The position numbers were made by a program, and so were the translations under genes. The notes below the pieces were generated by a model, which was given only the letters and a program-made list of their open reading frames with translations, ran no database searches and was not told the DNA's origin. 64,000 bases of DNA, taken from the human T2T-CHM13v2.0 reference genome, Homo sapiens. The number at the start of each line of letters is the position of its first letter. Within the stretch, counting starts at the first letter, position 1. Below are positions 1-16,721 of the stretch, one piece after another. The stretch is taken from NCBI RefSeq assembly GCF_009914755.1, contig NC_060944.1. One strand, written 5' to 3'.

Positions 1-312
1 CTGTCTCTTAACAACAAAAAAAACTTCTTCATGGACTCGTTATTTCTCATCCCCCACATAAAACAGCAGGCTACTTTTTGCTATGAAAAGAACAAACTCC
101 AATTGGAAAAAGTAAAATGGGGACTCAGTGGTTCACTTTCCTCTTATAGGTGCTCCTGCATTTTACCAATTCCCCCTGCAATGTTACTTTCTCTTTCTGC
201 TGATTCCAGGGGAATATGGCTGCTGAAAATGAGGAAATTTTTCACTAAAACAAACAGACCTTTCTTTAATTGGCTCTCATTTATAAAAGATTATGAAGAC
301 TTGAATGCTTAC

Positions 313-439
313 TAAAGAAATCTGCAAACAGCACCTCCACATACTCTATTTGTATCCTCTCCTGGTTGTACTTGTTTCCCCCAAGGTCAGTCCTCTCTGC
401 ACTACCATTCTCGCCACATTTAGCAGAGGGTCCTTCCTC
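313..439 (-). other. GPCPD1: Candidate cassette exon in GPCPD1 intron 2 (120/124/127 nt depending on acceptor)
   Basis: Acceptor region ttgatttcctcactgcacag|gag|gaag|gacc and donor TTTA|gtaagc at 313/312. The 120-nt form is stop-free in the GPCPD1 frame. Confidence 0.5.
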
Positions 440-919
440 CTGTGCAGTGAGGAAATCAAGGTGATGGGGGAATTGAGGTGGGGTCTCCCCCAGTATCCCC
501 TTGCTGTCCCTCAGCCTCCTCCTTGGCACGTACAGAGTCATCTATATCCACATCCACCATTATCTCCTTCCCTCTAATCCCTGACCCCAATCAAGCTGAC
601 ACTTCTGTGGCCAGTTCTGCGGTCAGTCCATTTGCCCGACATGGCCAGCTCCTTCTAGCTTCAACTGCCTGCCTACAACTCCCCAGAAAGAGAAAATTCC
701 GTCTTCTCTCCACGGAAGTGGCCACACACTAAACCAGAGGTGAGCACTTGGCTCAAGGGAGCCAACCCATCAGCTGACTAGCAATCTTCAATCTGCTCAA
801 TTCTGCCCAGGGGTAGAACTATACCAGATCATCTTGGCTAAGAATTTGAACTTAGACTCACACATACTCTGCCAATTGCTGTGATGAATGCTAGAATAAA
901 GAAGCTAGATGTAGTGTGA

Positions 920-1900
<981 letters not shown>

Positions 1901-1921
1901 AGAGGTACCTCAGTTTTATGA

Positions 1922-2387
<466 letters not shown>

Positions 2388-2688
2388 TAGCAAAGTTTCC
2401 TTCATTTTCATACTGCCTAGAAACCACAGCCCAACCATCTCTGCCCTGTGCAAAATTAGGTATAAATTCATAGCTTTCTTGGGAAAACATGAGAACAAGA
2501 CAGAGTTTGAGGAGGTTTTTGGTGTGTTTACTATGCTCCAAGCACATTTCTGCTGTCAGGCAAGACCTATAGATATTTTCATCTAAAAAATCAGGCCCAC
2601 TCTAATAGCAACTCCATATTTAAGGTAATCCAGATAAGAAACATGCTAATTTAATTTTAATTGTTTTAAAGTAAAACTTTTACAATAC

Positions 2689-2737
2689 CTGGTAAAAGAG
2701 TTCCTCTTATTTCAAAGGCAACCTGAGAAGGTGTCAT
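2689..2737 (-). CDS. GPCPD1: GPCPD1 first coding segment (in exon 2, 2765-2689): MTPSQVAFEIRGTLLP plus phase-1 G, start of the CBM20 domain. The gene continues beyond the left edge of the window.
   Basis: The minus strand reads ATG ACA CCT TCT CAG GTT GCC TTT GAA ATA AGA GGA ACT CTT TTA CCA G|gtattg, which matches the known GPCPD1 N-terminus. The acceptor is ttttcttttttttcctag|CACGAC at 2766/2765. There is an A at -3 of the ATG. The segment is too short to appear in the ORF track. Confidence 0.95.
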
Positions 2738-3098
2738 TCTGATGGATTTATTTTATGATGTCGTGCTAGGAAAAAAAAGAAAAGTAACTTATAGTATAAA
2801 AATATATGCCTTAGCTAGCCACCATCAAGAAACAACTTCAACCAAGAGCTATTTATATTTTTAAAAGCAATATTTAATGTCTTTGCAGTTTTATGGTGGG
2901 ATTGTTTTTGTTTTTGTTTTAAAGTAACTTTAGTGCGGGGGGGGGGGGGGGCGGGAAAGAAACAAGTGAAAAAGCAAAAAAATAAACCAGGCACAGTGCC
3001 TCATGCCTGTAATACAAACACTTAAGGAGGCTGAGGCAGGAGGATGACTTGAGCCCAGGAGTTTGAGACCAATTTGGGCAATATAGTGAGGCCTCATG

Positions 3099-3101
<3 letters not shown>

Positions 3102-3141
<40 letters not shown>
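3102..3141. repeat. (CA)n microsatellite in an Alu linker, ~340 bp upstream of the exon 2 acceptor; reads (UG)n in the pre-mRNA
   Basis: Directly visible. Confidence 0.95.
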
Positions 3142-3143
<2 letters not shown>

Positions 3144-3584
3144 CAGGCATGGGGAGCATGCCTGTAGTTCCAGCTACAGATTGAGACTGAGCTGGGAGGA
3201 TCACTTTAGCACAGGATGTTGAGGCTGTAGTGAGCTGTGACTGTGCCACTGTACTCTAGCCTGAGCCACAGAGCAAGACCCTGTCTCGAAAAAAACAAAA
3301 CACAAAGTCTCAATAAAGTTTTTTTAAAAAAAGCAAAAAATGAAAATGAATCTCAATTATGAGCAAAAAAAAAGATTAATTTCAGAGTCCTTATATAAAC
3401 AGTGACTCAATTACTTGGGAAGTATCTAGCAAGTTTGAAGCCTAGTGCTACAAAGCTATTCTTTCAGAATATATGTTCAAAAAGAAAACAAAACAAGACA
3501 GAATACATGCCCGAAATACACACTGTAAAACAAAGTATCCAAACTTGTTATTTTTTAAGTCGTCAAGATTCTTTTGCTACATAC

Positions 3585-3643
3585 TTTCTCTTCTGATAAG
3601 CAGCTGTTCTGAATTCAAGGTATCTTTCCTGACCAGGGTAATA
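3585..3643 (-). other. GPCPD1: Candidate 59-nt alternative 5' UTR exon in GPCPD1 intron 1
   Basis: Long pyrimidine tract ttttttctctctatagttgtttttcttctctaccacag| and donor GAAA|gtatgt. No ATG inside. Confidence 0.35.
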
Positions 3644-3812
3644 CTGTGGTAGAGAAGAAAAACAACTATAGAGAGAAAAAAGCTTCACTTAATGAATTTC
3701 TACTTTAACACAAAGGAAACAACCAAAGTATCACCCACTAAAACAAACTACTTGTTATGTTGTGGAACAAGTTTGAGAATCTGCTTCTAAGACACAATGT
3801 AACTTATCATTA

Positions 3813-3995
<183 letters not shown>

Positions 3996-4886
3996 TCAGC
4001 TACTCAGGAGGCTGAGGCAGGAGAATTGCTTGAACCTGGGAGGTGGAGGTTGAGGTGAGCCCCCCCACCTGCCTCCCCCTCCAAAAAAAAAGAAAAAACT
4101 TTCTACACAAATAACTTTTCAGATTTTCTCTTTATTAACCCTAGGACCATCATTACTCAGGTTCTACAGGCTCAAATTTACAGTCTCAACTCTACCTACA
4201 ACCTATTATCAAATCCTGATGATTCTATCTAATTGACCTTATATCCATTTTGTCAATTAGGATTCTTCCTCACATCCCTGGCTTGGAATCACTTTGATTA
4301 TTTATAGAAATCTGAACTCCATAGTAAAAGGAATTTAAGGAGATTAAAAAAAGAATAAGAAAGAAGTCTAAACTCCAAGCCTTTGAAGTTCTTTTCCACT
4401 TATCCACATTTTGTCTAGCTAATTTTTTCATTTCTTCCCTGTCAGTCAAAGGAATCTGTTTCCCATCCACTAACTTAAGTACCTAAAGGAATATAAAAAA
4501 TAGCTTAATACACACATGTACATATAATATACTTCGAGATACTTACATAATTTAAATGGAGAAAGAACATACTCCATCCAAAGACACACCATATTCTACA
4601 TCATAACTTCTCCAACACCCCTCAAAAAAACCTTTGCCCCCCCCACCAATGTTACAAGAATTCCAATCACATCTTTATTCTGCATCATGTACATTACTCT
4701 ACCAGCTTAAATTTCATTTGCATTTATATATTACCTTATGAAACAATTCTAAAGTACCTTTCATAGCTACCTTACATAGTCATTTTTCTAGTTCTGCTTT
4801 GCTCCCTTCCCCTCCCCCTGAATCATTTAATGAACACTGCTACACACAATTAACCACACTTCCCAGTCAAGGTAGATAGATCTATA

Positions 4887-5090
4887 CCAGCAGTTCTCAC
4901 CAAAGGCAATTCTTCCCTCCAGGGGATTATTTGGTAATGCCAGGAGGCATTTTTGGTTGTCACAACTGGGAGTGGCACTCCTAGCATCTAGGGGTAAAGG
5001 CCCTGCTGAACACCATACAATACGCAGAACAGCCCTCCACAAATGATTAATTGTCCAGCTCCAAACATCAACAGGGCTCAGGTTGAGATG
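4887..5090. mobile_element. MER20 hAT-Charlie DNA transposon
   Basis: cagcagttctca...ggcatttttggttgtcacaactggg...gcatctaggggtaaaggcc...gctcaggttgaga. Confidence 0.8.
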
Positions 5091-5380
5091 AGGGTCAAGA
5101 GTCCAGGCTCTATGTTAGCTATAAACTATGTATCATCACATTTACATCAATTATAAAATGTAACACTGAATACATACACATATATATATTTATAAATGTA
5201 CACTGTCAAATATTCATCTCACAGAGTGCAAGACCACCAATGTGCAGTCATGTCACATTTGGATATGAAATTCCCTATTTGGCAACTCTACCATTTTGGT
5301 TAGAATACCCAATACTACACTAGTGCAAACCTTCCCTTTGGCCAGGCACAGTGGCTCATGCCTGTAATCCCAGCACTTTA

Positions 5381-5614
<234 letters not shown>

Positions 5615-5716
5615 CTATCTCAAAAGAAAAGAAAGAAAGAAAAAAGGCCGGGCATGGTGGCTCATGCCTGTAATCCCAGCACTTTGGGAGGCTCAGGAGG
5701 GCAGATCATGAGGTCA

Positions 5717-5944
<228 letters not shown>

Positions 5945-8899
5945 TCATCAAAATAATTTCTAAAATAAATAATTTCTTATTCTACTTTCTGCATCTAAGA
6001 GTAAACATGGCGGCCAGGTGTGGTGGCTCACGCCTATAATCCGAGCACTTTGGGAGGCATGAGAATCACTTGAACCCAGAAGGTGGAGGTTGCAGTGAGC
6101 TGAGATTGTGCCACTGCACTCCTGCCTGTGTGACAGAGTGAGACTCTGTCTCAAATAAAAAAAAAAAAAAAAAGCCTGACATTTAAATTACTGAATTAAT
6201 TTTAAGAGAGCAAATACTCTATCACCCATCAAAAGAGCTGAATGACCACTTCAGTCTTAACCTTAACCAAATAAGGTGCCCTTTCATTTGGTGTTTACTG
6301 CTGCGGTTCTCAACTAAAGACAACCTCATATACATGATTAAATAGTTTGTATTTTGCTATTTGTTGACTAACTTTAAATAACTATTTTAATCAACTTAAG
6401 GGAAATCAGATATTATTCCTATGTACTAAAATCAACAGCTAGTACAAAATTATCTCTAGATTTCTACTGCATGAAAGCAAATGGAAAACTTAAGTAAATA
6501 TAATAAAAGGGAAATGAACTGATTATAGAAATTGAGTCTTTTATTCTCAAAGATGTTTGGAAGAGTGACTACAGTAACTTAGCGGTAAACAGCTGCAGTA
6601 AATGTACTATACAAAGCTATATACACAAGCACAAAAACACCTCCCAGAAAACCTCTCCAAAAGTCAACAAAGCATCATCTTCCACTTGATTTACCAAAGT
6701 CAAGCAATCTGGTTTGATTTCCACCCTGAGCGCCCCCCTCCCCAAATTTGATACCATACCAAATAAAAGCCTCAGGAGCTGTTCCAAATGCAATTCACTT
6801 GATTATGGACAGAGGCCAAAAGTCTGGTGCAGTGTTGTAGTATACAATTTTGGCATCCAGTTACCACCAAAACAGCAGTGACCAAGTAAAAAAATGACTG
6901 TGTTGTGAAACAAAAAATGTATGCACCCACCCATACACCTTCTTCTAAACAAGGAAGAAAAAAAAAATCACAACTTGGAAAGGGAAGGTCAGTTCTGGAT
7001 ATACATAAAAACAAGAGTAAGATGAAAAATGTTAGTCATTGTATGCACATGAGCTGACCAGATAATTTAACCAACTCGCCTATTACCTCACATACAGACT
7101 ACACTTCCTGAAACAGGCTTTTGCTTTTTGGTTTTTGAAAACGTAACATCTATTCTGTACTTTTTGAAGAGAAACACTAAATGGCATTCTCATCTGAGAT
7201 TCTGGGTAGTATTTAAATAACCCTTTTTAAAAGACTCAAGCAATCAGCAAAATACAACATGGTAATTAATCCACATTTTAAAAAATTTCAGAGTTCACAC
7301 TACCTGCCAAAATAAATTTTACTCTATTCTTTTCCTCAAATAAACTTTCCCGACACGTGACACTACTGATTTACCAGGCTGGGAAACCAAAGGGATATGA
7401 AGTAAACCAAGGTAAAGGGACATTCACTTTAGAGCTAAATTGAAGTCAGATATTTTTAGCTAAAGTGTTTTTTTGGCTACAAGGAACATGTCAGTTTTCC
7501 TTCGAATTTTTTCAAGGAAAAAAGCTGTTTCCAATTCTTCTTGCCCTTTCCCAGGCCTTGGCAGCTTTGATCCTCCTAACTAGCTAAATAAAGTAATATA
7601 TAAAATGCCTAACTTTCCCTGAGTTAATTTTTGCTCATCTTGGTGAAGGATCATTACGACCCTTGCTACATTTCTGACAAGTTGTGACTGTCATTCTGAT
7701 TCCCATATACTTGAAGCCAATATCTTAATCAAATATGTTAAGACATTAATGGATCTTTATTTAAAAAGTGTTTCTGGAATAAGTTTCTTTACGCCAAGTT
7801 AATTCCTTGATCAACTTTCTAAACAATGCAGTAACATTTTCCCAAATGTTTTCCATTCATTTTACCGTGATATTATTCTCTTGTGTATGTTTCATACCTT
7901 TTTTCCTGTTTTAACTCATACGTAAAGATTCGATTCATCAACGTACTTTATGTACGTATCAAATTTTACTCACTTTGCTACGATGAGTTTTCTTTTGTGG
8001 TCATTATTTCTCAAGAGTCCAGCTTTCCCACGTCGTTATTTTGCAGATTTAAATTTTGTCTAGAATACTGGTTTTCTCTAGCTCTTGGTTCTTCCTAGTT
8101 CTTAAATCAGGAATGGATTGCACCATGTGCAGTTTTGCTTGTTTGCTTGGTGTTATTTGTATCCACGACATTAGGAATTTTGAAAAAAAAAAAAAAAAGA
8201 CTGATACCTTGTATTTATTTCTTAGTTAAGTCACAGCTCGTCAGCAACGTAGCAAGGGGAAGCATGACGGGGTAGAGTAGTGGGTGAGAACTGTGCAGAA
8301 ATGGGAGGAGGCGACAGAAGAGTATGAAGAAAAAACATCGGGTCCAAACATCCTGCTCAGTTCCATCAGTTCCTCTATGCAGGTCTACATCAGACTAACA
8401 GCTGCCTTAAGGTGGAAGAATCCTCTACAATTCATGCCCGATTTCTTTTCCAGCCAGCCAGTGGAGTCTGGGGAGAGGGCTGATGAGGACACCTAAGTGA
8501 TTGAGGCTCTCTCTCCTACCTCAGCAAGGCAGTCTGAAGAGCTTTGGGAAAAGTAGAGCTTTGGAGAGAAGGGGCAGCAGACCTAAAAAATTGTATCGAG
8601 GGCACTCATGACTATTCCTGGAACCTTTTCCTAGGAAAGGCACTTTAGTTTCTTGGAATAACTGAATTATACAAGCATGCCCTAGACTACGTGTCCGGGC
8701 AATTTCAGAAAATAAGCAGTTGTCAAAACACGGTGAGTAACTTAGGGACAGAGAGCGGCGGTGAGCCGGGGGCCGCTGTGGGGCAGGGGATGTCCCCAGA
8801 GGACCTCATCTGCATTTTTGGTGTCTTTGTTCCCCGACTCAGTACTCTGCATATTTGCGGTAGTCCTATGCTCCACGCACCCTGCTACTCCTCAAATGC

Positions 8900-9650
8900 T
8901 CCACGTATTTTTTAGAAGGGAACTAAGCCCCAGGCAGCCCAGCAGAAGCGCGGCAGTGAACAATAAAAGTCGAAGAGTGCGTCCCAGCCACCGATTTAGC
9001 GCAGCGAACGCCCGGCCGCCGTTCCCCTGCGGGCAGTGGCCGGCCCGGCCCGGCCCGAGGACCCCGCCCGCGCCTCGGCCCCGACGCCCCCAGGCCCGCC
9101 GCGTCCCGGGCCGCCCTGACAGCTCAGCCCGCCACGTGAGTGGCCGCCCGGCCCCCGCACCCGGCTCGCTGCCTCACCTCCGGGTTCGCTAGTCCGCAGG
9201 TCCGCGTCGCCGCCGCCCCGCCCGAGAGCGAGGACCGCGGGCAGAGGTACCGGGCGCCCGCCGTCCGTGCCTCGCCAGCGCTCCCCCAGGCGGCCTGCCG
9301 CGGCGTCGAGCGGCAGGAAGCAGCCACGCTCAAACCGGTTTCAGCTGCTCCAGACCAAACTGCCAGGCCACCCCGCGGGGCGGGGCCGGAGGGCGGTGGG
9401 GCGGGCCCTGACGTCACGCCCGGCGCCGTCCCAGCCAATCGGCAGCCGCGTGCGGGGGGTGCGGGCCCGCGCGTTCCTGGAAAGGGCTGACGTACGCGGC
9501 CGAGGGCGGCCGGGCATCCCCCGTGTCCCCGCTGCCCTTCTCAGCCGACCCCGGCGCCCGCACGTTGGAGAGCTGCCCTGGGGTCATAGGCGTGTACTGT
9601 GGTCCACCAAAGCCGCCTTAGAAATAACCCACGTGGGCCGGGCGCGGTGG
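8900..9650. promoter_or_regulatory. GPCPD1: CpG-island, TATA-less promoter of GPCPD1
   Basis: Very high GC and CpG density compared with the AT-rich flanks. GC boxes at 9377-9406, palindromic CRE TGACGTCA at 9409-9416, NF-Y box AGCCAATCGG at 9433-9442, GAS TTCCTGGAA at 9474-9482, variant CRE TGACGTA at 9488-9494, and E-boxes CACGTG at 9133-9138 and 9630-9635. Confidence 0.92.
9178..9345 (-). other. GPCPD1: GPCPD1 non-coding exon 1 (5' UTR); TSS approximate
   Basis: Strong donor GGGAG|gtgagg at 9178/9177 inside the CpG island, just downstream of GC/CRE/CCAAT boxes. No ATG in the exon. Splicing to exon 2 gives a coherent 5' UTR. Confidence 0.85.
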
Positions 9651-9708
9651 CTCACGCCTGTAATCCCAGCACTTTGGGAGGCCGAGGCGGGCGGATCACC
9701 TAAGATCA

Positions 9709-9912
<204 letters not shown>

Positions 9913-10107
9913 TCAAAAAAAAAAAAAACCGACTATGGATCCTGGAGCTACAATTCAGAGTTGTATTTTTTTTCCCCATTTGAAAACGGGGGAAATTACC
10001 AGTACTGATGTTTTCTAGAAACTTTCTTTCGTTGCAAAACAGCAATCACACTTGGATCAAATCATTAGTTGAAAACTATTAAGTCACCTAAGCTGGATGA
10101 GAGTTTA

Positions 10108-10262
10108 TACCCTTGCTACGCAAAGTATGGTCGACAAGCCAGTAGCACCTGCCAGAACTCAGAATTGCACACTCCCAGGACCATCCCAGACCTACCCTAT
10201 CAAATCTGCCTCTAGCAACATCCCCACGTTAACAAGTATGCAAATTAAAGTTTGAAGGAACT
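10108..10262. mobile_element. MER5-like hAT MITE fragment
   Basis: gctacgcaaagtatggtc...cccagacctac...atcaaatctgc...aaattaaagtttgaa. Confidence 0.5.
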
Positions 10263-10480
10263 TTTTTGAAAGCTGACTCTCCCTGCCAGAGTTGTAGTTT
10301 ATTTTCTAAAAAATGAACCGTATCAAAAAAAAAAATTTTTTTTTCCTCTCCTTTGGTGGTCTCCAGAAAGTTAATCAGCATTTGCCACTTGAAGTTCTCT
10401 TACGAAACTTTGCAACTTGCGGGGCGTGGTGGCTCACGCCTGTAATCCCAACACTTTGGGAGGCCGAGGCGGGCGGATCA

Positions 10481-10732
<252 letters not shown>

Positions 10733-11683
10733 TCATCTAACTTACACTGTTACCTTACCAGTATCAAAGTTACCCTCTGGTTAGTGTCCAATATAAAATT
10801 ATATCAGCAGCTTTTACTTAAATCAAGTGAGATATTGAAAAGTAAAAAGAGGCCTGGTGCGGTGGCTCATGCCAGTAATCCCAGTACTTTGGGACCCCGA
10901 GGCGGGCAGATCATCTGAGGTCAGGAGTTTGAGACCAGCCTGGGCATCATGGCGAAACCCCGTTTCTACTAAAAATACAAAAATTAGCCGGGTGTGGTCG
11001 AGCGCCTGTAATTCCAGCTACTCGGGAGGCGGAGGAACTAGAATAACTTAAGCCTGGGAGGTGGAGGTTGCTGTGAGCCAAGACTGCACCACTGCTCTCC
11101 TACTTGGGTGACAGCTAGACTCTCGCAAAAACAACAACAAAACAAAACAAAAAACCGACTAAAAAGAACCACCTTTCAGGAGATGTCGAAGTTCTCTTAC
11201 AACAAGACATAGAGAAATAGCTCGAGTTGCACGCTAGTTCAAAATGGGCCTACTGAAAATGTGTTTGGATTAGATGAGCTCTAGCTTTAGGCAGAATTTC
11301 TGGTTTTATAAATCGGATTGTCCTCTACCACATTTGATATTTAGCTTGGATTCAATCCCAGAAAATTTCTGACAATGTCATCCATTCAGTTAAATAATTA
11401 AGTGCCTGCTTTATGCTAGGCTCAGGATGCAATAGTTTTTTGATAGTACTCATTTTAATCCCAGATTTCTTAAAGAATTAAAATTCCTTCTGGTTATGTG
11501 CCATTACCCATTAAACTCTGCTGTCTTACATTTGCTATGTAGTTTGGAGTGAATTTCCTCTGTTAGTCATACTTCAGTGACGAATTTTTTCATAAGAGTT
11601 TGCTTCCTTAAAATGTTTATAGATCTTTATTTTTCTTTTTTTTGAAATGGAGTTTTTGTTGTTGTTTTTGAGACAGAGTTTAG

Positions 11684-11776
<93 letters not shown>

Positions 11777-12123
11777 TGAGTAGCTGGGATTACAGGCGCC
11801 TGCCACCATGCCTGGCTAATTTTTTATTTTTAGTAGAGATGGGGTTTCAGCATGTTGGCCAGGCTGGTCTCGAACTCCTGACCTCAGATGATCCACCCAC
11901 CTCGGCTTCCCAAAGTGCTGGGACTACAGGCGTGAGCCACCACACCCAGCCAGATATTTATTTTTCTATAACCACCATTTAGTCAAGATATTTGCCTAGT
12001 GTTTATAGTTCCAGTTAATAGACCTAATCCATGCTCCTTCCCTAAATCCTTTTGAAATGACAGAAGAATTATACATATTCAAAGGATGCCATCAATGGCC
12101 AGAGACTGAGAAATGTCTAGAAT

Positions 12124-12338
12124 AGGGGTTCTTTTGGCTCCCCTGGGTCACATTGGAAGAAGAAGAATTGTCTTGAGCCACACGTAAAATCCACTAACAC
12201 TAAAGATAGCTGATGACCTTTTTAAAAATCGCAAAAATTTTATAAAGTTTTAAGAAAGTTTACGAATTTGTGTTGGGCTGCATTCAAAGCCGTCCTGGGC
12301 CACATGTAGCCCCCGGGCCATGGGTTGGACGAGCTTGC
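12124..12338. mobile_element. MER30 hAT-Charlie MITE
   Basis: cttttggctcccctgggtcacattggaagaagaagaattgtcttgagccacac...gggttggacgagcttg. Confidence 0.85.
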
Positions 12339-13102
12339 TCTAAAAGATATGGAACAAGCCAGTAACATTAGAAGACCGGCAGAGAGGCTGGGTGCGGTGG
12401 CTCACTCCTGTAATCCCAACACTTTGGGAGGTGAAGGAGGGCGGATCACGAGGTCAGGAGATTGAGACCATCCTGGCTAGCATGGTGAAATCCTGTCTCT
12501 ACTGAAAACACAAAACATTAACCGGGCATGGTGGCACACGCCTGTAGTCCTAGCTACTCAGGAGGCTGAGTCAGGAGAATCGCTTGAACCCAGAAGACAG
12601 AGGTTGCAGTGAGCCGAGATCGTGCCACTGCCGTCCAGCCTGGGTGACAAAGCCAGACTCCATCTCAAAATGAATAAATAAGAAGACTGGCAGAGAAACT
12701 ATACTCATCCAAGAGAAGAAGGAATTCCTACAGATGCCATTTTACACAGCCTTGCTTAGAAACTCTTTGATAATGCAATGTATTTTAGATTACTCCATAA
12801 TCGCACTGTTCTGATTGGGATACTGAAGTAGAATATAGATAATTAGAATATAGGTAATGCATTCCCACATTCCTTTCTCCCAACACTCTGTGAAATGTTA
12901 ACTTTTCTTTTTTCTTTTTTTTTTTTTTTGAGGCGGGGTCTTGCTCTGTCACCGAGGCTGGAGTGCATGATCACAGCTCACTGCAACCCTGACCTCCTGA
13001 GCTCAAAGGCTCCTCCCACCTCCACCTCCCTGGTAGCTAGGATCACAGGTGTGTGCCACCATGCCATTATGCCTGACTAATTGTTTCTTATTTTTTGTAT
13101 AG

Positions 13103-13216
<114 letters not shown>

Positions 13217-13525
13217 TAACTTTTCAAACATATGGTTAATGAGATCAATTTAGGTCTTAACTGATTACTTCCAGAAGAGCTCCATATGTTTTGAATTGTA
13301 TAAAATATTTAACATTCATTATTGTACTTGATTAAATAATGAAATACGTTACCTCATTTGTCTGAAATCAGGACCACAGGATCTCACCTTATGCAATCAT
13401 TTTTTGAAAAACATTAGTAGGGAGTCTGAGCCTACTCTGGCTAAGGAGGCTGCCTGATTTAAAAAAAAGAAAGAAAGAAAAATGGTAGCAGTCCAGCCTG
13501 GGCAACAAAAAAGTGATTCTAGCTC

Positions 13526-13562
<37 letters not shown>

Positions 13563-13858
13563 TATCCATGTCAGATATATGGCAGAATATGGTGGCACCA
13601 GCCAGTAGCACTAGCTACTCCAGAGGCTTAGAGGGGTGGATCTCTTGAGTCTGGGAGGTCCAGGCTGCAATGAACCATGATTGCACCTCTGCACTCCAGC
13701 CTGGGTGACAAAGGGAGGCTGTGTCTCTTTAATAAAAAAAAAAAAATTAGCAGTATTGATGCAAAAAACTCTAGACATAGAAGCCAGACATGGGCTTGAA
13801 TCCTACCCTTTACAAGTGACAAGTGGCTTTTTTTTGGACACAGAGACTCACTCTGTGA

Positions 13859-14077
<219 letters not shown>

Positions 14078-14131
14078 TAAAGTGTTGGGATCACAGGCAT
14101 GACCCACTGCACCCAGCCTGTGACATTGTGA

Positions 14132-14613
<482 letters not shown>

Positions 14614-14699
14614 GAGATGTAGTCTCACTATGTTGCCCAGGATCATAGAGTGATTTTTTTTTTTTTTGAGACGAGATCTTACTCTGTCACCCAGGCTGA

Positions 14700-16184
<1,485 letters not shown>

Positions 16185-16376
16185 ACCAGACTCAAACACT
16201 ATCAATTTTATGTGTTTTATGCACCTCATTGGTGGCCCTGCTACTCAAAGAAACTTTCCATGCCTTTTACTCCCTTGGCTTGAGTCCATGCGGCAGTTTC
16301 CCAAACTATAGTATGCACTACCTAGGCTTCATGTAGGTGATAAAATTGTTAGTGTTTGCTATTGATTGTTCTTTTA

Positions 16377-16721
<345 letters not shown>

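Noticed and set aside
2937-2955. Poly-G runs here and at ~30329-30345
   Set aside because: Simple homopolymer expansions in or near A/T-rich tails; no evidence of function.
8700-8770. Strong plus-strand donors (ACG|GTGAGT at 8733, GCG|GTGAGC at 8761) suggesting an antisense transcript
   Set aside because: No supporting antisense promoter or exon chain is visible, and such motifs occur by chance near CpG islands.
9435-9455. Possible ER-stress element (CCAAT-N9-CCACG)
   Set aside because: Spacing and second half do not fit: CCAAT-N6-CCGCG.
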